A stretch of DNA of 64,000 bases from a virus (IMGVR_UViG_3300028416_000009:28108-92107); one strand, 5' to 3'. Shown: positions 31,424-42,019, numbered from the stretch's first letter. The notes: generated from the letters alone by a model not told the origin. Program-made: numbers and translations.

Positions 31424-31848
31424 AGGGTTTCGTCTTCAGACTTAGGGTAGATATCATTACCCATTTGAGCGAATTTTTTAACTAATTCACCAGCTTTAGC
31501 GTTTGCTTCGTCTTCAATAGGTCCACCAACATCGGCAGGTTTTTCATCTAACTTACCTGTCTCATATTGCATGTGATGAGTCATTTCATGAGCGATTGAA
31601 CGTAATACATCAATTAACTGTCTATCTCTACAGTATACTTTGATTGTTGATTTTTCACCACCACCATAATTGTAGACTGCGGTAGTTTTAATTCCGTTCT
31701 TATCGTTTTGTAAGATAACGTCAATATCTTCTTTAATTGATAGTTCTTTCTTAATAAACGTGACAAACTCCTCCACCATTTTCTTATCTGAACTTTCAAA
31801 TTGAACTTTGTATTGAATCGATTCTTTTAATATGTTAATTAACTTCAT
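31420..31848 (-). CDS. HExxH metallopeptidase-like protein with LKES leader
   Basis: IAHEMTHHMQ...EDEANAKAG. Confidence 0.7.
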   Translation of the reverse strand: MKLINILKESIQYKVQFESSDKKMVEEFVTFIKKELSIKEDIDVILQNDKNGIKTTAVYNYGGGEKSTIKVYCRDRQLIDVLRSIAHEMTHHMQYETGKLDEKPADVGGPIEDEANAKAGELVKKFAQMGNDIYPKSEDETL

Positions 31849-31859
31849 AATAATAAATA

Positions 31860-32126
31860 CTATAAAAATTCTTCTTTTGGTACTTCGTCAGAATAAATAT
31901 CTAAATAATTTTCAATTATCTCTTCAATTATAGTGATGTCTTCCATTAATTCATCAACATCAAATTCCTCTAATATTGTTGGGTTACTTAATAGTGGTAT
32001 TATCTCAATTAAGTTAAGGTTAATTAACCGATATGAATTATCGGAATCGTTATATAAGGTAAACTCAACTTCCAATGTTTCAATTAGTTGGTCGTATTGG
32101 AATTGGTATATTTCTTTTAATTTCAT
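31860..32126 (-). CDS. Acidic hypothetical protein
   Basis: ORF track; resembles divergent neighbour. Confidence 0.55.
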   Translation of the reverse strand: MKLKEIYQFQYDQLIETLEVEFTLYNDSDNSYRLINLNLIEIIPLLSNPTILEEFDVDELMEDITIIEEIIENYLDIYSDEVPKEEFL

Positions 32127-32169
32127 AGTTAGGTATACTTTTTAAAAATAAACTTCTACATTAAATATA

Positions 32170-32517
32170 ATGAAAGTACCAAAAATCCGAAGTATTAATG
32201 ATTGGTTTGAACATGAAGATGATATTCATGTAGATTTTATGTTAGATATTGACTATCATGACATAAAATTTACGGATGAGCACTCCAGATATTATACGAT
32301 ACCATTAGACGAAATTGAATCGTATTGTATCGATACAGATTTATTAATTGATTTTACTGACGAATGGGATTACGCAAGTGAGACAGTCACACAAAGATAT
32401 GTGATGATACCGTTTGGTAATTGGATGGATGATTATTTTGATGACGACTTTCTAAGAGACTATTTAGTTCATAGAATGACTGAAGTAGGATTGCCTGATG
32501 TGGTTATTTTAGAATAA
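32170..32517 (+). CDS. Acidic hypothetical protein
   Basis: ORF track. Confidence 0.6.
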   Translation: MKVPKIRSINDWFEHEDDIHVDFMLDIDYHDIKFTDEHSRYYTIPLDEIESYCIDTDLLIDFTDEWDYASETVTQRYVMIPFGNWMDDYFDDDFLRDYLVHRMTEVGLPDVVILE

Positions 32518-33340
32518 TACTATCCATTAAACTTTTCAGTTGAGTTTCTGACAAATACGTGTCACCTAACTGTGTGGATTGAGTACCACCTTTAGGAGCC
32601 GTATAATCTTCAAGATAGTCGGCCATTTCTTTTTCAGAACCAAACGTAAGTCTATCCCCCTTACCTTTTTTATTTTCGTAAGTTACTCTGTCTTTAGATT
32701 GTTTAATTAATCCGTATTCTTTTTCTCCGTATTTAAATTCTTTAGGCCATTTAACCTTAGGACCAATTTTAGGTTCTTTTTCAAACTCTTTAGTGAACTT
32801 AGTTATGAACTGTTCTAAGAACAAAGACCCTTTAAAAGTAATACCTAATATTACGTAGTTAAACATATTGTCAATGTTAAAATCTGAGTTACGACCCATA
32901 AGTTCTGATATCCCCATCATAAGTGGTTGTAAAACAAATGCAAACCCTAATATCCCCGACATAGTACCGACACTATAACCCATATCTTTTAATATGTCAG
33001 AACCAATCTTAAGTAATTTTGTTAGTTGTGTTTTTGTCTCCTCAACTTTAACCTCTAAATCTCTAGATTCTAAATATGACTTAAGTTCTTTACCTTGTTT
33101 TATTCTATCATAGGATTTAAAAATAAATGAACATGTAGCGGCCAATGCGATAGAAGTGATATCATCAGAAGTTAAAGTCGGATACTCCCCAACTAAAAAT
33201 TGGTGTATTGGTTGATACGTCGCCTCAATCATTAAAGAGAATGTAGGGACTAATTTTAGATTAAATAACACTGACTTTATTGTGTCATCGTTAGTTGATT
33301 TAATTAACTCTTCTAATTTTTCCGATTTATATTTACTCAT
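32504..33340 (-). CDS. Hypothetical protein with hydrophobic segments
   Basis: ORF track; LSETQLK motif near C-terminus. Confidence 0.55.
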   Translation of the reverse strand: MSKYKSEKLEELIKSTNDDTIKSVLFNLKLVPTFSLMIEATYQPIHQFLVGEYPTLTSDDITSIALAATCSFIFKSYDRIKQGKELKSYLESRDLEVKVEETKTQLTKLLKIGSDILKDMGYSVGTMSGILGFAFVLQPLMMGISELMGRNSDFNIDNMFNYVILGITFKGSLFLEQFITKFTKEFEKEPKIGPKVKWPKEFKYGEKEYGLIKQSKDRVTYENKKGKGDRLTFGSEKEMADYLEDYTAPKGGTQSTQLGDTYLSETQLKSLMDSIILK

Positions 33341-33566
33341 AACATTTCTTTAATTCTCTTAGGTAAATCATTTCTATTTTTATTCCAATGAATCTGAAGT
33401 TTAAAACTTCTTCTTAGCCTATCATCTTCTTCGTCAGTGATTATATTACCGTTAGTATATACTTTGTACATTAATAAATCTAAAAACTTTGTTGTCGTCT
33501 CTTTATTGTTTTTCATTTATTTAATATCTTTATACTATAAATATAAATACTTACACAGAAGAATAA

Positions 33567-34175
33567 ATGGAAGTTAACGTTATAATTATTGATAATTTTT
33601 ATCAAGACCCTGATGAAGTTAGGGAATTTGCTCTTAGCCAAGAGTTTGGTGTTAGAGGTAATTACCCTGGTAATAGAACAGAATCGTTTCTAAATGATGA
33701 GTTAAAACATTACATTAATAGTATTATTGAACCACACGATGGTAAGATAACATACTGGGGGGCTAACGATGGTCAGGATATGTATACGGGGGCGTTTCAA
33801 ATAACCACATCGTCTGACAGGACTTGGATACACTCTGATAGTACCACAGGTTGGGCTGGTGTATGTTACTTATCACCAAACGCACCACATACGGGAGGTA
33901 CAGGATTGTTTAGACATAAAGAGACCGGTGTGTATAGAGTACCTAGAGATGTTAATGGTGAAAGAGCCTCATTCAATGAAGAACCCTTATCGTTAATGGA
34001 AAACGATTACCAAGATTATACTAAATGGGAATTAGTGGATACTGTTGGTAACGTATATAATAGATTAGTGTTATACAGAGGAGACATTTTTCATGCGTCA
34101 TTAGATTACTTTGGTCATGATAATGAGAGTGGTAGGTTATTTCAAACGTTTTTCTTCAGTACAGAAAATACTTAA
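33567..34175 (+). CDS. 2OG-Fe(II) oxygenase-like protein (DUF6445-like)
   Basis: IIDNFY..PD, WIHSD, YNRLVLY..FHAS, RLFQTFF. Confidence 0.8.
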   Translation: MEVNVIIIDNFYQDPDEVREFALSQEFGVRGNYPGNRTESFLNDELKHYINSIIEPHDGKITYWGANDGQDMYTGAFQITTSSDRTWIHSDSTTGWAGVCYLSPNAPHTGGTGLFRHKETGVYRVPRDVNGERASFNEEPLSLMENDYQDYTKWELVDTVGNVYNRLVLYRGDIFHASLDYFGHDNESGRLFQTFFFSTENT

Positions 34176-34229
34176 AAATAAAAAAGAGGACCTAAGTCCT
34201 CTTTTTTTATGTATGTTTGTTAAATTTGT

Positions 34230-34925
34230 TTAACCCATTAAAGCCGTTATGGTTTTAGGTCCAACAATACCATCAGGTTTTAAGTTGTTCATCGATTGAA
34301 ATGCCGTTACTAATGCTGCGGTTTTAGGTCCGTAATTACCTAAATCTGATTGTTCAAAATCTATAGTAACACCAATAGTGTCCATCTTAGAAATTAAAAG
34401 TTCCTGAACGCTAACGACAGTATCTGAAGTTTCGTTACCTTGACCTTTCTTTAAGAACTGTTCTCCTGATTTAATTTTTTCAATGTCAAACGGGTCTGAA
34501 GACACTTCTTCTTCATTTTCTTCAGTATAACCTGGAAGTTCAACACCTATAGTCTTAAGGTGTGATAAAACTTCAGTTTCCTCTGTAGAACCGTTACCCA
34601 ACTCATCAGATACGAAGTATTCAAAACCTTGTGTTTCGTCACCAAAGTCTGTTGCTTTTAATAATTCATCAACTTGGTTAAATTCTTCTTTAGATTTAAT
34701 GTCTTTAACCGCAGAAATAAATTTAACGTTCTTTGTTCCTATACCATCAGCTGCGTCATATATTTTATTAGCAATTGCTTCGACACCACTAACGGTCTCT
34801 TCTTGCTCTTCTAATTCTATACTATCTTCTATTGAGTATTGAGATTCGTTAACTAATAACCCTCTACTTCTATCATAAGACATAATTTGTCTTAACCTGT
34901 TAATATTTTCGTTTATATTTTTCAT
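34230..34925 (-). CDS. Annexin-like repeat plus peptidoglycan-binding domain protein
   Basis: ANKIYDAADGIGT...SDELG; C-terminal GNYGPKT...FQ..NNLKPDGIVGPKT. Confidence 0.7.
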   Translation of the reverse strand: MKNINENINRLRQIMSYDRSRGLLVNESQYSIEDSIELEEQEETVSGVEAIANKIYDAADGIGTKNVKFISAVKDIKSKEEFNQVDELLKATDFGDETQGFEYFVSDELGNGSTEETEVLSHLKTIGVELPGYTEENEEEVSSDPFDIEKIKSGEQFLKKGQGNETSDTVVSVQELLISKMDTIGVTIDFEQSDLGNYGPKTAALVTAFQSMNNLKPDGIVGPKTITALMG

Positions 34926-34958
34926 TTTAATATTGTTTTATCACTATAAATAGTCTTT

Positions 34959-35321
34959 TTATTTAAATAACCTATAAATCCAATTATATTTTTTTCTATT
35001 ATTTATATATTTGTAGTCGTATTCGTTACTGTAAGCTTCACGCTCAAATGAAATATTGTAATATGCGTCCTTACCATAGAAGAAAAGTTTTATGAACCAC
35101 TCTGTGACGTATATCACATAAAAAGGTATCACTAAAAGTTCTTCCTGTTGTTTAATATGGATAGATTCGTGATTAACAATTCGTTTACCGTAATCAGCGT
35201 TTGGTACATTATATCGTTCTCTAAGTATAATAAATGGCCATAATGTGATACCACCTATTTTCATAAACCAACTTAATCTGTCTAATGTTTTATCGTTATA
35301 CTTTATAATTGGTGTTTTCAT
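34959..35321 (-). CDS. Small HExxH membrane-associated protein
   Basis: GITLWPFI, NHESIHIKQQ, ISFEREAY. Confidence 0.7.
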   Translation of the reverse strand: MKTPIIKYNDKTLDRLSWFMKIGGITLWPFIILRERYNVPNADYGKRIVNHESIHIKQQEELLVIPFYVIYVTEWFIKLFFYGKDAYYNISFEREAYSNEYDYKYINNRKKYNWIYRLFK

Positions 35322-35325
35322 CTAA

Positions 35326-37710
35326 TTAAAGATTTTTCAACTCTGGTGGTAACATACTAACAGGTATGCCGAATTTCTTCTTTTCAGGACCGCCTTTAAA
35401 ATTAAATCCATCAATTGATGTCTCATATCCATTAACACTTGCCCATGTCTTATGACCAGCATTTAGAACTTGTCCGACAACGAATGGGAATCTAATGTTA
35501 TATTTGTTTATAATGTCCACAATCTGACCGTTAGGGTGTTTCTCCACAGTAATAGTCACTTTAGGGTTAACTATTTTTCTAAACACAACCTTATCGACTC
35601 TTCTTCTCATAAATGAGTTATCTTCATTTAAATCTTGAATCTCATCAACAGTGGTTACTACTTCAGGGTAAATCATACCTAAATTTTTATCGTCTTTACC
35701 TTCGTAATCTACTTTATTTAGAACTGTTCTAATTGAGTTAAGTGCTCCCGCTCTTTTATCGTTTGTGTCTACAACTGACCATGGAATTACCTCGGCAGTT
35801 TGTTTCAATGCCTTTTCTTTGTATTCAGTATAGTCGTCCCACTTATCAATAGAAGCCTCATCGTTAGGTGAGAATTTCCAATACTTAAGTGGTGAGTTCT
35901 TTCTCATATCAAAACGTTTCCTTTGTGTGTCTTGTGTTATAGATAACCAAAACTTAAAGACATCGTATCCTTTGGATAAAAGTGAACTTTCAAAACTACC
36001 CACATTCTCCATAAAGTCAGAATATTCTTCCATTGTTGAGTATCCCATAACTGGTTCCACAATACCTCTATTATACCAACTTCTGTCAAAGAATATGATT
36101 TTACCTGATTCGATTTCTCTTTCGTATCTATCAAACCAATTCTTTTTTTCTTCGGGGGTTGGTATTCCTAAAGCAACTACCTTATAGTATTGTGGTTGTA
36201 GGTATTCTATAAATTTTTTAATTGTTGACCCTTTACCTGCCGAATCCCTACCTTCAAATACAATAACAACAGATTTACCTGTTTTCTTAACGTGTTCCTG
36301 TAATTTCAATAGTTCTACCTGTAAAGGTCTTAGTTCTTTTATAAATGATTTTCTACCGATTTTAGATTTTTCTTGTTCCTCATCATCATCAACGAAATAA
36401 CTATCTTCGTGTTCAGGTTCAGGAGAAACTCTATCGGTAAGTGATTTCTTATATTTTTCGATATATTTTATGACATTATCTTCTACGTTACCAGACTTAA
36501 GTGATTTTCTATCTAAATTACGTAAAAAATCTTTGGTAACATCTTCATCTGTTAATCCAACAATAAGGTCATCGTATTTGGATGGTTCGATATCTAACTC
36601 ATAAAATTTAGTTAGTAAGTCCACTACCGATTCATTGAGTGAATAAAGTTTTGTTGCAAACTGTTCTTTATTATTATACAAATATTGTAAAACCTCAGGT
36701 CTTAGATATGCTTTTAAATCATCAGTAAATAACGAGTAAACTCTATCTATTGGTTTATTACCATCTTCATTTGGTAAATATGAATCGACCTCATCTTTGG
36801 TTACGAACGGGAATTTTAATTGGTATTCCTCTAAACCCTCTTTGGGTTTTATACCTATTGAGTGGTATTTAGTACCTCCGGACATTAATTCTCCACGATT
36901 AAGTATTCTATCGATTAAACCATATTCACCCAATAATGGGCACATACTGTAGTATATAGACCTTTCTTCTTTAACTAAACGTGCAAAAATAAATGTAATA
37001 TTAGTATCCTTAAAACAAGTCATTAAAAACTCTGACTTATCTTCTTTACTATAATCATCACTCCTTAAGAAAGTCATTACGTTTTTTAGTGATTCATCAT
37101 TTTCGTTGTCCTTATATTTAACCCTCTTATACTTATCGAATACCCCCTTATAAGAACCTAGTTTAAAACGTTCTGTACGTTTAATACCATCTGAAACGAT
37201 TTTTAAAGAATAATGATTACCCTTAATTATAATGTCCGCTTTTGGGTTCTTTTCATTGTTTGACGGGTCTTCATAATTTAATTTTGCGGTTGTTTCACCA
37301 CCAAATAATCCTGCGAATATTCCTTCAAACGAGAAACCTCTACCATCGGTAGTTCCTGAAAATCTGTTCCAATACTCGTGAAATCTAATCCTATCTTTTA
37401 CCTTTAATGCCTTATCAGGGTTTTCATAATTAACACCTAATTTAAGTCTCATTGCATTCCCTTCATCTCCTTTCATGATACCTTTTACCATATCCGAAGA
37501 TGCTATGTTGTCCATGTGTATACCGCCTAACAACTTAATTGCCTTAATTATATGGTCTTCAGACGATTCATTAAGAATATTGACTATCTGTTTATTTGTG
37601 AATTTTATCTTCATTGTTTTAACGTTATGTATATAAATATTAAATAATTCACTAATTATGTCTATAGTATAATATAAAACATAATTAACTCTACTTTTGG
37701 TTTTAACCAA
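35326..37710 (-). CDS. ppk2: Multidomain protein containing polyphosphate kinase 2 (likely start ~37614, MKIKF)
   Basis: FEGRDSAGKG Walker A, FDRSWYNR, PLKYWKFSPND; N-terminal FE...ADI...YSLK nuclease-like region. Confidence 0.85.
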   Translation of the reverse strand: MVKTKSRVNYVLYYTIDIISELFNIYIHNVKTMKIKFTNKQIVNILNESSEDHIIKAIKLLGGIHMDNIASSDMVKGIMKGDEGNAMRLKLGVNYENPDKALKVKDRIRFHEYWNRFSGTTDGRGFSFEGIFAGLFGGETTAKLNYEDPSNNEKNPKADIIIKGNHYSLKIVSDGIKRTERFKLGSYKGVFDKYKRVKYKDNENDESLKNVMTFLRSDDYSKEDKSEFLMTCFKDTNITFIFARLVKEERSIYYSMCPLLGEYGLIDRILNRGELMSGGTKYHSIGIKPKEGLEEYQLKFPFVTKDEVDSYLPNEDGNKPIDRVYSLFTDDLKAYLRPEVLQYLYNNKEQFATKLYSLNESVVDLLTKFYELDIEPSKYDDLIVGLTDEDVTKDFLRNLDRKSLKSGNVEDNVIKYIEKYKKSLTDRVSPEPEHEDSYFVDDDEEQEKSKIGRKSFIKELRPLQVELLKLQEHVKKTGKSVVIVFEGRDSAGKGSTIKKFIEYLQPQYYKVVALGIPTPEEKKNWFDRYEREIESGKIIFFDRSWYNRGIVEPVMGYSTMEEYSDFMENVGSFESSLLSKGYDVFKFWLSITQDTQRKRFDMRKNSPLKYWKFSPNDEASIDKWDDYTEYKEKALKQTAEVIPWSVVDTNDKRAGALNSIRTVLNKVDYEGKDDKNLGMIYPEVVTTVDEIQDLNEDNSFMRRRVDKVVFRKIVNPKVTITVEKHPNGQIVDIINKYNIRFPFVVGQVLNAGHKTWASVNGYETSIDGFNFKGGPEKKKFGIPVSMLPPELKNL

Positions 37711-38387
37711 ATCTATTTATATATTTACAGAATAATCTAATTAATATAATAACAAATGGGGAAGTATACTAAAATGATTGTTTCGGATATCATGTTTGTG
37801 GAGACTAAGAACACTGATTATGTCGTTAAAGATGACGGAGTAGTATTTAATGACGGGGTTAGTTTCTTTAAGGGAGATAATATTTCATTTGGTTATGATA
37901 CTTTGATTATTAAAACAGTCCCTGAATTAGTGTTACAAGGTTCTGGTAATTGGGTAAAAGTGACGTTTAAAGTATAATACTCGAAAAAAAAATCAGATTA
38001 AGTCTGTAGTTTTTATAGAAATTAACTATTTATTAGTATACTCGTAATAATGATGTGTCTTAAAATTAGTTAATTGGCAGATATTTCATATTAACATACC
38101 TTATTAAAATAATAAATTAGGACCTCTACTGAGGTTCTTTTTTTTTCTCTCATATTGATTTTACGTTTGATTGTGTCTATACTTAAGGTATGGATAAAAA
38201 AGACCTTTGTGTACTTTGTGGGGCTCAGACACCATACACCTTTAACACTTCAATATATCAACGAATTGGTTATATTGAGGGTGCCGGTCAAGGGTGTTAC
38301 ATTAAACCGTTTTCAACGAATAATAAAGTTGAGGAATGTCCTGAAGGTAAAAACAATCGTAATAAACAAATCCATTTAAAATAACAT

Positions 38388-38843
38388 ATGATATATTGGT
38401 TTACAGGCCAACCTGGCCACGGAAAAACTGTCTTAGCTAAGACATTAAAAGAGTATTTAGAGGTTAACTATCCACATAAAAAGACTATATTTCATGTAGA
38501 TGGTGATGACCTAAGAGAATTAACCGCAAATAAAGATTACTCTAAAAAGGGTAGGGAGGCTAATATTGAGAGAGCACAAAACATATCTCAATACCTAAAT
38601 AACAAAGGAAATGATGTCGTTGTTTCTTTAGTGGCACCTTACGAAAATATGAGACAATCTTTCAAAGACCGATTAGGTGATGAGGTTAAAGAATTCTTTG
38701 TTCACACAACAGAGATAAGAGGAAGAGAGCATTTTCATAGTGATGAATATGTACAACCTAAAAAAGATTTCTTAGATGTTGATACAACAGATGTACCTGT
38801 TGAATCTTCATTAGTTGAAATAATAAACTATTTAAACATTTAA
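38388..38843 (+). CDS. cysC: Adenylyl-sulfate kinase
   Basis: WFTGQPGHGKT, VDGDDLR, DYSKKGREANI, SLVAPY. Confidence 0.9.
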   Translation: MIYWFTGQPGHGKTVLAKTLKEYLEVNYPHKKTIFHVDGDDLRELTANKDYSKKGREANIERAQNISQYLNNKGNDVVVSLVAPYENMRQSFKDRLGDEVKEFFVHTTEIRGREHFHSDEYVQPKKDFLDVDTTDVPVESSLVEIINYLNI

Positions 38844-39051
38844 AAAAATGGAAGAAGGATTAAACGCAACACCAACAAACTTGGCAGAAAACGCTATCAT
38901 ATTTAACGTTACAGGTTTAGATGTTCCAGTTTTAGAATTAAGACAAAACGGGGATATTATGGTAAAAGGTAATTTAGTAGAAAATGATACTGAATTAGTT
39001 GACGCATTAAGAGAGTTTATCTCAGCAGAATAAATTAAAAACAAATGAACT

Positions 39052-39453
39052 ATGGCAGAATTTAAAGCGAAAGCAGATAAAGAGTCATCCACATCAGATG
39101 TTAAATACTCATTCTTCGCAGGAAGATGGCAACCATTACACAAAGGTCACCTTTGGTTAATCAATGAAAGACTAAAGGAGGGTTATAATGTGTGGTTAGG
39201 TATTAGAGATGTGAAACCAGATGAAAAAAATCCTTGGACGGCAGAACAAATCTTAGAGATGGTAAAGGAAGGGGAGTTAAAAGACTTAATAAACGAAGGA
39301 AAGGTATTACCAACAATTATTCCTGACATTGAATCTATCAACTATGGTAGAGGTGTTGGTTATGATATTATTGAACACGTACCACCAACAGAGATTGGAG
39401 ATATTTCAGCAACCTCTATTAGAGAGCAAATGAAAGTTGACGGTAAGTTATGA
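39052..39453 (+). CDS. HIGH-superfamily nucleotidyltransferase
   Basis: GRWQPLHKGH, YGRGVGY, ISATSIR. Confidence 0.85.
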   Translation: MAEFKAKADKESSTSDVKYSFFAGRWQPLHKGHLWLINERLKEGYNVWLGIRDVKPDEKNPWTAEQILEMVKEGELKDLINEGKVLPTIIPDIESINYGRGVGYDIIEHVPPTEIGDISATSIREQMKVDGKL

Positions 39454-39671
39454 CTAAGAAGACTAAAGTCACTCTTAAGCGTCACTTTTTAAAGACGTTA
39501 ACTTGGAGACTTGTTGGTACTGTTGATACCATTTTATTAAGTTGGTATATTAGTGGTGACCCACTAATTGGATTGAGTATTGGTGGGGCGGAAGTCGTAA
39601 CCAAAATGATATTGTATTTTGTACATGAAAGAATTTGGTATAAATATACTGATATAGGGGTTAAAAGATAA
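39450..39671 (+). CDS. DUF2061-like small membrane protein
   Basis: KTLTWRLVGTVDT...LYFVHERIW. Confidence 0.85.
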   Translation: MTKKTKVTLKRHFLKTLTWRLVGTVDTILLSWYISGDPLIGLSIGGAEVVTKMILYFVHERIWYKYTDIGVKR

Positions 39672-39676
39672 TATAT

Positions 39677-40021
39677 ATGGACAATGTTTTTGATTGGGGT
39701 AAGGTAATAGATGAATACCCTCTTTCTTTTAAATTTTTTAAGGAGACGGTTTTTCCAAACACACCAATCGTTAATAGGTCAATATTATCTCTATACCATA
39801 TAAGGAGTCTTTATTATTTTTTTGACTCTATAGGTATCATTTTAAGTGTTGAATGTTTTAATGAATCTCAATGGGTTGGTCATATACAACTACGTAGTGG
39901 TTTTTCATTCTCAATTAAAGGGTATCACTCAAGTAGGTCTGAATTAGAAAACAGTGCGTTTATAGATTGTTTCGAACAATTAGAAGTTAGACTTAATAAT
40001 TTAAAAAATAAAAACTATTGA
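39677..40021 (+). CDS. Hypothetical phage protein
   Basis: RSLYYFFD..GI; SRSELE..AF. Confidence 0.6.
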   Translation: MDNVFDWGKVIDEYPLSFKFFKETVFPNTPIVNRSILSLYHIRSLYYFFDSIGIILSVECFNESQWVGHIQLRSGFSFSIKGYHSSRSELENSAFIDCFEQLEVRLNNLKNKNY

Positions 40022-40055
40022 ATTTAAGATAGTAAAACACTATATTAATGTTATT

Positions 40056-40790
40056 ATGATTAACAAAGACTTAAACATACGAGAGTTAAAATATCAATTT
40101 TTAAAAAACGGTATTGTTACAATTAATGATTGGTTAGATGAAGAATACGCAGAAAAACTGTGGAATCATTTAAATTCAATGCCTCAAGATTGGTGGAATG
40201 TTTCGTCCAGACCGTCTAAAGACCAAGACATGCACATTACAAGATGGACAGAAGATAATCTAGATTATATTAAAACATCTGATGAAACTGCTAGAAAGGC
40301 TTTTAGTGAAGACAAATTTTCTTATAGTTTTAGAAGGACAAACGATGACCACGTAGATGGTTGTTGGTGTGAGGAATGTCAATTCAGACATGACGTACTG
40401 TCAGAAGAGGTAGTATCTTTTTTAGATTATTTAACAGGATATAAAGTAACAAAAATTAATGAGTTATTTGCTTCGTGGTATACGGATAGAGATTTCTTAT
40501 CTCCTCATAGTGACGGACCAAACGGGGTGTTAGGGTTTGTATATAACTTAAGTAAAGATTGGAAACCTCAATATGGTGGTAACTTACATTTTCAAGATAA
40601 AATGAACGAAAACTTGATTGAGAAAATAAATGTTCCTAAATTTAATACACTAACGATGTTTGATTTAGCTACGAGTATGGGTCATATGCACTACGTATCC
40701 GAAGTTGTACCAAATGTAAAGGCAAAAAGATTAGCCATGGCCGGTTGGTGGGGACAAGAAACAGGTAATAAAAATACATTAAACTATTAA
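40056..40790 (+). CDS. 2OG-Fe(II) oxygenase (prolyl-hydroxylase-like)
   Basis: LSPHSD, WKPQYGGNL, HYVSEV, RLAMAGW. Confidence 0.88.
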   Translation: MINKDLNIRELKYQFLKNGIVTINDWLDEEYAEKLWNHLNSMPQDWWNVSSRPSKDQDMHITRWTEDNLDYIKTSDETARKAFSEDKFSYSFRRTNDDHVDGCWCEECQFRHDVLSEEVVSFLDYLTGYKVTKINELFASWYTDRDFLSPHSDGPNGVLGFVYNLSKDWKPQYGGNLHFQDKMNENLIEKINVPKFNTLTMFDLATSMGHMHYVSEVVPNVKAKRLAMAGWWGQETGNKNTLNY

Positions 40791-40791
40791 A

Positions 40792-41424
40792 ATGGAATTA
40801 AAAAACACAATAGGTCACTTTGAAGGAGCATTTACTCGTGAAGAGTGTGACTTAATTTTAGAAAGATTCGAAAGAGCAAAAACATTAAAATTAGCATATC
40901 AGGGACAATCAGGTTCAGGAGTGAACGATACAATAAAATCATCGATTGATTTTGATATTCTTTCGTCACCAGTAGAAGACGATGTATTATTTGGTTATGG
41001 TGTAATTGAAAAATTTAATGAAATTGTTGTAAACCAATATTTAGGTAGTTTCCCTCACCAAGACGAGACTAAACCAGGTGAGGATTTATTCTTGGCACCT
41101 ACTTTCTATGAACTACTACAGGTTCAAGAATATCCTAAATCTACAGGTCACTATAACGCATGGCACGCAGAGACAGGAACCTTCGAAATGAGTAGAAGAT
41201 TATTTTCTTTCTTACTTTACTTAGACGACGTAGAAGAAGGTGGAGAAACCGATTTTATATATGCCAATGGCGAAGATGGTAAAATGTTATCATTCAAACC
41301 GAAAAAGGGTACATTATTAATTCATCCAGCGTCTTTCCCTTATATACATAGAGGAAGAACCCCAATGTCTTCAAATAAAACAATATTAACCACGTGGCTA
41401 TCATATGAACCTGAATACGAATAA
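40792..41424 (+). CDS. 2OG-Fe(II) oxygenase
   Basis: WHAE, YLDDVEEGGET, YIHRG..P. Confidence 0.88.
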   Translation: MELKNTIGHFEGAFTREECDLILERFERAKTLKLAYQGQSGSGVNDTIKSSIDFDILSSPVEDDVLFGYGVIEKFNEIVVNQYLGSFPHQDETKPGEDLFLAPTFYELLQVQEYPKSTGHYNAWHAETGTFEMSRRLFSFLLYLDDVEEGGETDFIYANGEDGKMLSFKPKKGTLLIHPASFPYIHRGRTPMSSNKTILTTWLSYEPEYE

Positions 41425-42019
41425 TATTAATCAGAAAACATTATCAAAAGCTTTTTATGAGGTGATGACTGACTTAGCAAAATCTGAAGACGACCCTATA
41501 CTATTAGGGTGGAGAGACAGAGACAGTCAAACCGATAGGTTTAATGTATTCTTAGATTATGTCCAAAATGGGGATAGAGTTTTGGATTTTGGTTCTGGTT
41601 TATCTGACCTTTATGGTCATTTAAAATTGAATGATATTACTGTAGATTACACAGGGGTAGACATCATGCCTGATTTCATAAAAATAGCAAAAGAAAGGTA
41701 TGGTGATGAAATTAGAGTGTTGAATACTAACATTCTATATTTCTTAGAAAAGTTTGAATGGACTTACGCAAGTGGGGTATTTTCAATAGGGTTTGATGAA
41801 AAAGAATTGATAGAACATATTTCACATTTCTTATCTATTAGTAATGTGGGTATTTGTTTAAACCTATTAGATAAAGAACATTTTATAGGTGAAGTTCAAG
41901 TGTCTTTTAATAAGAAAGAATTGGTCAAGAAATTAACCAACGAATTTAAAGATGTTGAGATAACATTAATTGATGACTATTCAGTAGATGATTTTTCACT
42001 GATTTTAGTTAAAAAATAA
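41405..42019 (+). CDS. Class I SAM-dependent methyltransferase
   Basis: VLDFGSG, YTGVDI, ASGVF. Confidence 0.85.
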   Translation: MNLNTNNINQKTLSKAFYEVMTDLAKSEDDPILLGWRDRDSQTDRFNVFLDYVQNGDRVLDFGSGLSDLYGHLKLNDITVDYTGVDIMPDFIKIAKERYGDEIRVLNTNILYFLEKFEWTYASGVFSIGFDEKELIEHISHFLSISNVGICLNLLDKEHFIGEVQVSFNKKELVKKLTNEFKDVEITLIDDYSVDDFSLILVKK

